Assembly (NCBI GenBank): GCA_965648905.1
Contig: CBFGIT010000043.1
Span: forward strand, 1-20,079
Reading direction: 5' to 3'
Source: a candidate division WOR-3 bacterium
GTDB taxonomy: Bacteria; Hydrothermota; Tepidihabitantia; Tepidihabitantales; Tepidihabitantaceae
Length of the DNA stretch: 20,079 bases
A program made the position numbers and the translations under genes. Positions 15,089 to 20,079 of this stretch are shown piece by piece. Each line of letters opens with the position of its first letter. The first letter of the stretch is position 1. Under the pieces are notes generated by a model. That model was not told the DNA's origin. It searched no databases and saw only the letters and a list, made by a program, of their open reading frames with translations.

Positions 15089-16191
15089 CCCAGCTTCTTT
15101 CGGGTAATGAGGCGTGCGCGATCGGCGCGATTCGCGCCGGCGTGCGGTTCTTTGCCGGTTACCCGATTACCCCTTCGACCGAAATCGCCGAGTATCTGGC
15201 GCGGGAGCTGCCGCGTGTCGGCGGTACGTTTGTTCAGATGGAGGACGAAATCGCGTCCATCTGCTGCATGAACGGGGCCACTGCTGCCGGCCTGAAGGCG
15301 ATGACCGCGACCTCAGGGCCGGGGTTCTCTTTAATGCAGGAGGGTATCGGCTACTCGATCATGGCCGAGCTGCCGTGCGTGGTTGTGGACGTGATGCGCG
15401 GCGGGCCGGCAACCGGCACCCCGACCCGGACCTCGCAGGGCGATGTGCTTCAGGCACGCCACGGCACCCATGGCGACCACCCGATTGTTGCCGTTTGTCC
15501 CTGGAGCGTGCGCGAGTGCTTTGACCTGACAGTCGAGGCGGTCAATTTCTCCGAGCGGCTCCGGATTCCGGTTATTGTGCTGATGGATGAAATCGTCGGT
15601 CACATGCGCGAGGCGGTGAACCTGCCTGAGCAGGTGAATATCTGGACTCCGTCCCGGCCCAAGGTGCCGCCGGCTGAATACTATCACTATGATGATGCGA
15701 ACAACTATGATGCCCGCATCGCCAGTTTTGGCGAAGGCTATCGGATTCACCTGACCGGACTGACGCACCGCAAGGACGGGTTCCCGACCGACGACCCGGA
15801 AATCATCAAGTGGAACATGGACCGATTGCGCCGGAAGATAGACGACAATCGGTCGTGGCTCTGGGACCTGGACTATGAGGACCTGGGTGCAGAGAAGGTC
15901 ATTGTCTGCTACGGCAGCGCGGCCCGGGCCGCGCTGGAAGCAAAGCATCAGTACGAGCAGAAGACCGGCCGCCGGGTCGGGATTCTGCGGCTCAGGATGA
16001 TCTGGCCTTTCCCAATGGAGCGGATGATTGCGCTGCTCAAGAGTGCGCGCCGGGTGGTCGTGCCCGAGATGAATCAGGGCCAGCTCCGCCGGACCATCGA
16101 GCGCAGTGTCAGCCGTGACGTGCCGGTGATATCGGTTCAGCGGTACGACGGCGAGATGCTGACCCCGGAAGAGGTCATCGAGGCGCTGTAG
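15085..16191 (+). CDS. korA: 2-oxoacid:ferredoxin oxidoreductase alpha subunit (2-oxoglutarate-type)
   Basis: GNEA, FAGYPITPSTEI, QMEDEIAS, TATSGPGFSLMQE, RGGPATG, PEMNQGQ. Confidence 0.9.
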   Translation: MTQLLSGNEACAIGAIRAGVRFFAGYPITPSTEIAEYLARELPRVGGTFVQMEDEIASICCMNGATAAGLKAMTATSGPGFSLMQEGIGYSIMAELPCVVVDVMRGGPATGTPTRTSQGDVLQARHGTHGDHPIVAVCPWSVRECFDLTVEAVNFSERLRIPVIVLMDEIVGHMREAVNLPEQVNIWTPSRPKVPPAEYYHYDDANNYDARIASFGEGYRIHLTGLTHRKDGFPTDDPEIIKWNMDRLRRKIDDNRSWLWDLDYEDLGAEKVIVCYGSAARAALEAKHQYEQKTGRRVGILRLRMIWPFPMERMIALLKSARRVVVPEMNQGQLRRTIERSVSRDVPVISVQRYDGEMLTPEEVIEAL

Positions 16192-16212
16192 GGATGAAGG
16201 CATGGTGACGGA

Positions 16213-17082
16213 ATGGAGCCAGTGACCAAGCTTGTGACCGGCGGGCCTGAGCACGTGGACGAAGTCCTTGACTTCTTCCGGGTTGACGAGCGTTTGCCGC
16301 ACATCCTCTGTCCGGGCTGTGGTATCGGCACGGCAATGAATGCCGTGGTCCGGGCATTCATCGAAATGGGTGTGAACCGGGACGAGCTCTGCGTCGTCTC
16401 AGGCATCGGCTGCTCGTCGCGCATCTCCGGGTATCTCGACTGCGATACGTTCCATACCCTGCACGGCCGGGCCCTGCCGGCAGCAACCGGGGTCAAGCTT
16501 GCCAAGCCGCATATGAAGGTCGTGGTCTTTGGCGGTGATGGCGACATGCTGGCTATCGGCGGCAACCATTTCATCCATTCGGCCCGGCGTAATGTCGATG
16601 TCACCGTCTTCATTCTCAACAACTTCACCTATGGGATGACCGGCGGCCAGTACTCGCCGACCACGCCAACCCATGAGAAGGCGGCGACCGCACCGTTCGG
16701 CAACGTCGAGCGGGACTTCGACCCCTGTTTTGTCGCGCGTGCGACCGGCGCGATGTTTGTTGCCCGCAGCACGACCTTCCATGTCACCCATCTGCAGAAG
16801 ATGGCCCGGCTTGCTTTGAGCAAACGCGGGTTCAGCGTGGTCGAGGTAATCTCGCAGTGTCCGACCCTTTATGGCAGACACCAGGGTTTGGGTGACGCGA
16901 CCAGGATGCTTCAGTGGATCAAGGAGCGGTCGGTTGATGCAAGCAAGGTGGCTGACCCGTGGGGCGTTACCGACCGGTTTGTTATCGGCGTGCTCCACGA
17001 CCGGGAAGAGGTGCCGCCGTTTTCCCAGCTCTACGCTGACGTGCGCCGGATTGCCGGCGAAGGAACGAGCAGTGAAGGTTGA
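16213..17082 (+). CDS. korB: 2-oxoacid:ferredoxin oxidoreductase beta subunit (TPP-binding)
   Basis: CPGCGIG, VSGIGCSSR, HTLHGRA, GGDGD...IGGNH, NNFTYGMTGGQYSPTT, SQCPT. Confidence 0.9.
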   Translation: MEPVTKLVTGGPEHVDEVLDFFRVDERLPHILCPGCGIGTAMNAVVRAFIEMGVNRDELCVVSGIGCSSRISGYLDCDTFHTLHGRALPAATGVKLAKPHMKVVVFGGDGDMLAIGGNHFIHSARRNVDVTVFILNNFTYGMTGGQYSPTTPTHEKAATAPFGNVERDFDPCFVARATGAMFVARSTTFHVTHLQKMARLALSKRGFSVVEVISQCPTLYGRHQGLGDATRMLQWIKERSVDASKVADPWGVTDRFVIGVLHDREEVPPFSQLYADVRRIAGEGTSSEG

Positions 17083-17629
17083 GCTACGGCTGGCCGGCAC
17101 TGGCGGCCAGGGTGTGATTCTCGCCAGTATCATTCTAGCTGAAGCTGCGGGTGTTCACGAAGGCCGGCAGGTTGTCCAGACCCAGAGCTATGGCCCGGAA
17201 GCCCGCGGGGGCGCGTCCAAGGCGGACGTCATCATCTCCGACCAGCCGATTCTTTACCCCAAGTCCCGCAAGCTTGACGTACTCGTCAGTTTGAGCCAGC
17301 AGGCCGCAGACAAGTACTTCGATGACCTGAAGGTGCGGGGCATTGCCATCATCGATAGCTTCTACGTGCGCGAGTGCCCGCGCCAGGGTGCCCTTTGTCT
17401 ACCGCTTTCTGAGACGAGCCGCGAGCAACTGGGCCGCGAGCTCTACACCAATATCCTGACCCTTGGGGCGCTGGCGCGCGTCACCGGGCTGGTGCGGCTT
17501 GAGTCGCTCCAGAAGGCTCTGGCCAACCGGGCTCCGGCCCGGACAATTGATACCAACCGCCGGGCGCTGGAGCTGGGCTGGCACCTGGCCGAGAAAGCCC
17601 TGGCCCAGCCGGCCAGCAATCCGACCTAG
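17072..17629 (+). CDS. korC: 2-oxoacid:ferredoxin oxidoreductase gamma subunit
   Basis: GTG start at 17072 overlapping the beta stop; ELRLAGTGGQGVIL, QTQSYGPEARGGASKADV, NILTLGA, NRRALELG. Confidence 0.9.
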   Translation: MKVELRLAGTGGQGVILASIILAEAAGVHEGRQVVQTQSYGPEARGGASKADVIISDQPILYPKSRKLDVLVSLSQQAADKYFDDLKVRGIAIIDSFYVRECPRQGALCLPLSETSREQLGRELYTNILTLGALARVTGLVRLESLQKALANRAPARTIDTNRRALELGWHLAEKALAQPASNPT

Positions 17630-17642
17630 CCTCAAGAACCTG

Positions 17643-19217
17643 ATGCCCAATCCAGAGCCGACAATCCAACCGCGCGTGGCAGAGATGCTTGAACCCAGAG
17701 CCTACGGAGCCGGCACAAAGCAAGTCCGGATGCTCCAGACTCACACGTCGTGGGTATTTCTCACCGGCGGCTACGCGTACAAGGTGAAGAAGCCGGTCAA
17801 CTTCGGCTTCCTTGACTACACGACCCTTTCCGCCCGCAAGTTCTTCTGCGAAGAAGAACACCGACTTAATCAGGCTCTGTCACCAGATATCTACCTTGGG
17901 GTTCTGCCGGTAGTCGAGCGGAAAGGACGGCTGCATGTCGGCGGCAGAGGCCGCGTGGTCGACTACTGCCTGAAGATGAAGGAGCTGCCCCAGGACTGGA
18001 TTATGACCGAACAGCTCAAAGCCGGTCGGGTGACGTTCGAGCACATTGACGCGATTGCCCGCACGATTGCTGACTTCCACCAGCGGGCTGAGCGGGGCCG
18101 CGAAGTGGCGCAGTACGGCAGCACCGAGACCATCCGGCTGAACTGGGACGAGAACTTCTCCCAGACTATGGAGTTCCGCGGCCAGACTATCGGCTATCAG
18201 GCGTTCGCAGAGATCAAGTCCACGGTCGAGCGGTTCATCGTCGAGCATCGGGCCTTGTTCCGGTACCGGCGCGAGGCCGGGTTTGTTCGACGCTGCCACG
18301 GGGACCTGCACTCGAAAAACATCTTCGTCAACAACGGGGTCCATATCTTCGACTGCATCGAGTTCAACCCGCGCTTCTCCTGCTCAGACGTGGCATCGGA
18401 AATCGCTTTCATGGTCATGGATTTGGAGTATGCTGGTCACCGCGACCTGGCCGGCTACTTTGTGGAACGCTATCTCGTCTACTCCCGGGACTCGGGTCTG
18501 CTGAAGCTGCTCGACTTCTACAAGTGCTACCGGGCCTATGTCCGGGGCAAAGTCACCAGCTTCAATCTCAACGACCCGGGCATGAGCAGTTCGGACAAAG
18601 CTCAGGCGCGCCTTGTGGCCCGACGGTACTTCGAGCTGTCGCGCCGCTACGCTGCCCGGTTGTCTGCCCAGCCCAGACTTGTGGTCATGATGGGGCTGCC
18701 CGGCACCGGCAAGAGCTATGTTGCCCGGCACCTGGCCGAACGGCTTGGTGCCTTTCACCTGATGTCCGACTCAATCCGCAAGCAGTTGCTCGGTATCAGC
18801 CTGAGTGCACGCCGGTTCGAAGGCTATGGCAAGGGGATATACAAAGGCAACATCGGTCGGAAGACCTATGACGAGATGATGCGCCGGGCCAAGACATTTG
18901 TCTCAGCCGGCCACAGCACCATCATGGACGCCACTTTCCTGCATCCGGACTCGCGGCGCCGAGCCCAGGCTCTGGCGCGAGCCGCGGGCGTTCCCTTGCT
19001 TTTCGTGTTTGCCGACTGCCCGGAAAAGACCGTGGTATCGCGCCTGAGGCGTCGCTCCATGGAGGGGTCGTTCTCCGACGCCACGATTGCGGTCTACCGC
19101 GAAATGAAGCGCCGGTTCAAGCCACCCCGGCCCGGTCGCAGTCTGGTACGCATCAACACCCGCGAGCCGCTGAGCAAGTCCCTGGCCCGGATTGAGCGCG
19201 CACTACTTCGTATCTGA
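17643..19217 (+). CDS. bifunctional aminoglycoside-phosphotransferase-like / AAA_33 P-loop protein (Rv2004c-like)
   Basis: QTHTSWVFL, YKVKKPVNFGFLD, RCHGDLHSKNI, FDCIEFN, YRAYVRGKV; Walker A GLPGTGKS, SDSIRK, MDATF. ATG 17643 chosen as start. Confidence 0.88.
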   Translation: MPNPEPTIQPRVAEMLEPRAYGAGTKQVRMLQTHTSWVFLTGGYAYKVKKPVNFGFLDYTTLSARKFFCEEEHRLNQALSPDIYLGVLPVVERKGRLHVGGRGRVVDYCLKMKELPQDWIMTEQLKAGRVTFEHIDAIARTIADFHQRAERGREVAQYGSTETIRLNWDENFSQTMEFRGQTIGYQAFAEIKSTVERFIVEHRALFRYRREAGFVRRCHGDLHSKNIFVNNGVHIFDCIEFNPRFSCSDVASEIAFMVMDLEYAGHRDLAGYFVERYLVYSRDSGLLKLLDFYKCYRAYVRGKVTSFNLNDPGMSSSDKAQARLVARRYFELSRRYAARLSAQPRLVVMMGLPGTGKSYVARHLAERLGAFHLMSDSIRKQLLGISLSARRFEGYGKGIYKGNIGRKTYDEMMRRAKTFVSAGHSTIMDATFLHPDSRRRAQALARAAGVPLLFVFADCPEKTVVSRLRRRSMEGSFSDATIAVYREMKRRFKPPRPGRSLVRINTREPLSKSLARIERALLRI

Positions 19218-19893
19218 CGCGCATATCGGCGCACAGCCGGGCAGGTCCGAGGCCCGGCTGCTTTCGTTCCTCAAGACCATCAGAAACGAGGCCGAGTCGA
19301 TATATCTGCTCGGTGACCTGTTTGAGTTCTGGCTTGAGTACCGGCACGCCATACCCAGACACGGCTTCAGCCTGCTTTCCGTACTGGCTGAGATGCACCG
19401 TCAGGGTACGAGCATCAGCTACCTGAAAGGCAACCATGACTTCGGGTTGGGCGAGTTCCTTTCCCGCGAGCTTGGTGCGGTGGTGGCGGACGAACTGGAC
19501 CTGACGATTGACAGCAGGCGCGTCTACCTGGCGCACGGTGATGCGCTCGACCATGGTCTTGTGCCCCGTCTGTTCCGCGGCCTGATGAGGAGCCGGGTCA
19601 ACCGCGCGCTGTATTCCCTGCTCCACCCGGACTTAGGGATTAGTCTGGCGCACCGAATCGCTCTGGCCAGCCGGGACCTGGGAGCCAAGCCGTACCTGCA
19701 AGAGGCAATGGTCCGATTCGCTCAAGACAAACTGGCCCGCGGGTTCGACATCGTCATCCTCGGCCACTCGCACCTGCCCGAGATAAGGCGACTCGGCTCA
19801 GGTGTGTACGTCAACATCGGCGACTGGGTGCAGAGTTTCACCTACGGCCGAATCATGGGCGGCAATGTCAGCCTCGAACGATTTGAGGATTGA
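19192..19893 (+). CDS. lpxH: UDP-2,3-diacylglucosamine diphosphatase-like metallophosphoesterase
   Basis: SDAHIG, LGDLFEFW, GNHD, AHGD, GHSH and NIGDW motifs; TTG start overlapping the upstream gene. Confidence 0.8.
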   Translation: MSAHYFVSDAHIGAQPGRSEARLLSFLKTIRNEAESIYLLGDLFEFWLEYRHAIPRHGFSLLSVLAEMHRQGTSISYLKGNHDFGLGEFLSRELGAVVADELDLTIDSRRVYLAHGDALDHGLVPRLFRGLMRSRVNRALYSLLHPDLGISLAHRIALASRDLGAKPYLQEAMVRFAQDKLARGFDIVILGHSHLPEIRRLGSGVYVNIGDWVQSFTYGRIMGGNVSLERFED

Positions 19894-19894
19894 G

Positions 19895-20079
19895 ATGACG
19901 ACTAATAAGGCCGGGTTTGGCCAGACCACTGCCGACGGAGCCCGGCGCGGGTTCCGGGCGTTTCTCAAACTGATGACGATTGTCGCGCCGGTCTATACGC
20001 TCGTGACCGTGCTCCGCTACACACCGGTCATCCGGGTTTTTGCCAACTGGATGGCACCGGCCATGCGCCTGTTCGGCCT
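19895..20079 (+). CDS. N-terminus of a membrane protein, probably nucleoside-recognition (Gate) domain family (3' truncated)
   Basis: MTTNKAGFGQTTADGARRGFRAFLKLMTIVAPVYTLVTVLRYTPVIRVFANWMAPAMRLFG, open to the window end; the 'P.M.LFG' pattern is typical of Gate-domain proteins. Confidence 0.65.
   Translation, partial: MTTNKAGFGQTTADGARRGFRAFLKLMTIVAPVYTLVTVLRYTPVIRVFANWMAPAMRLFG

Noticed and set aside
15331..17133. Long antisense ORFs (323 aa, 244 aa and others) opposite the kor genes
   Set aside because: Typical shadow ORFs of GC-rich coding DNA opposite well-supported genes.
16871..17642. Long N-terminal extensions of korC (from 16871) and of the kinase-like gene (from 17463); likewise ilvE from 2870 and the 11199 start
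   Set aside because: They overlap upstream genes or leaders; family motifs, signal peptides or RBS support starts at 17072, 17643, 2849 and 11115.

Overview
GC-rich bacterial chromosomal window. The multi-domain secreted proteins resemble those I associate with candidate phylum WOR-3 or FCB-adjacent lineages; this is an inference. The left part holds the tail of a membrane protein, an SLBB-repeat polysaccharide export protein and a minus-strand tRNA(CAT)-ilvE-rpiB unit. Three tandem minus-strand secreted proteins follow, all with a T9SS-type-A-like C-terminal domain (CTD): two propeller/CARDB-like/Kelch-like giants and an M14 carboxypeptidase. The right part holds a plus-strand four-subunit 2-oxoacid:ferredoxin oxidoreductase operon, a kinase-like/P-loop fusion, an LpxH-like phosphoesterase and the start of a membrane protein. 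The most unusual stretch is the ~1.5 kb divergent intergenic region (13.25-14.8 kb). There, two degenerate 12-bp-period arrays bracket three 30-40 bp direct repeats that look like recombination sites or element ends, a heptamer array, a small ORF and a perfect 20-bp palindrome.
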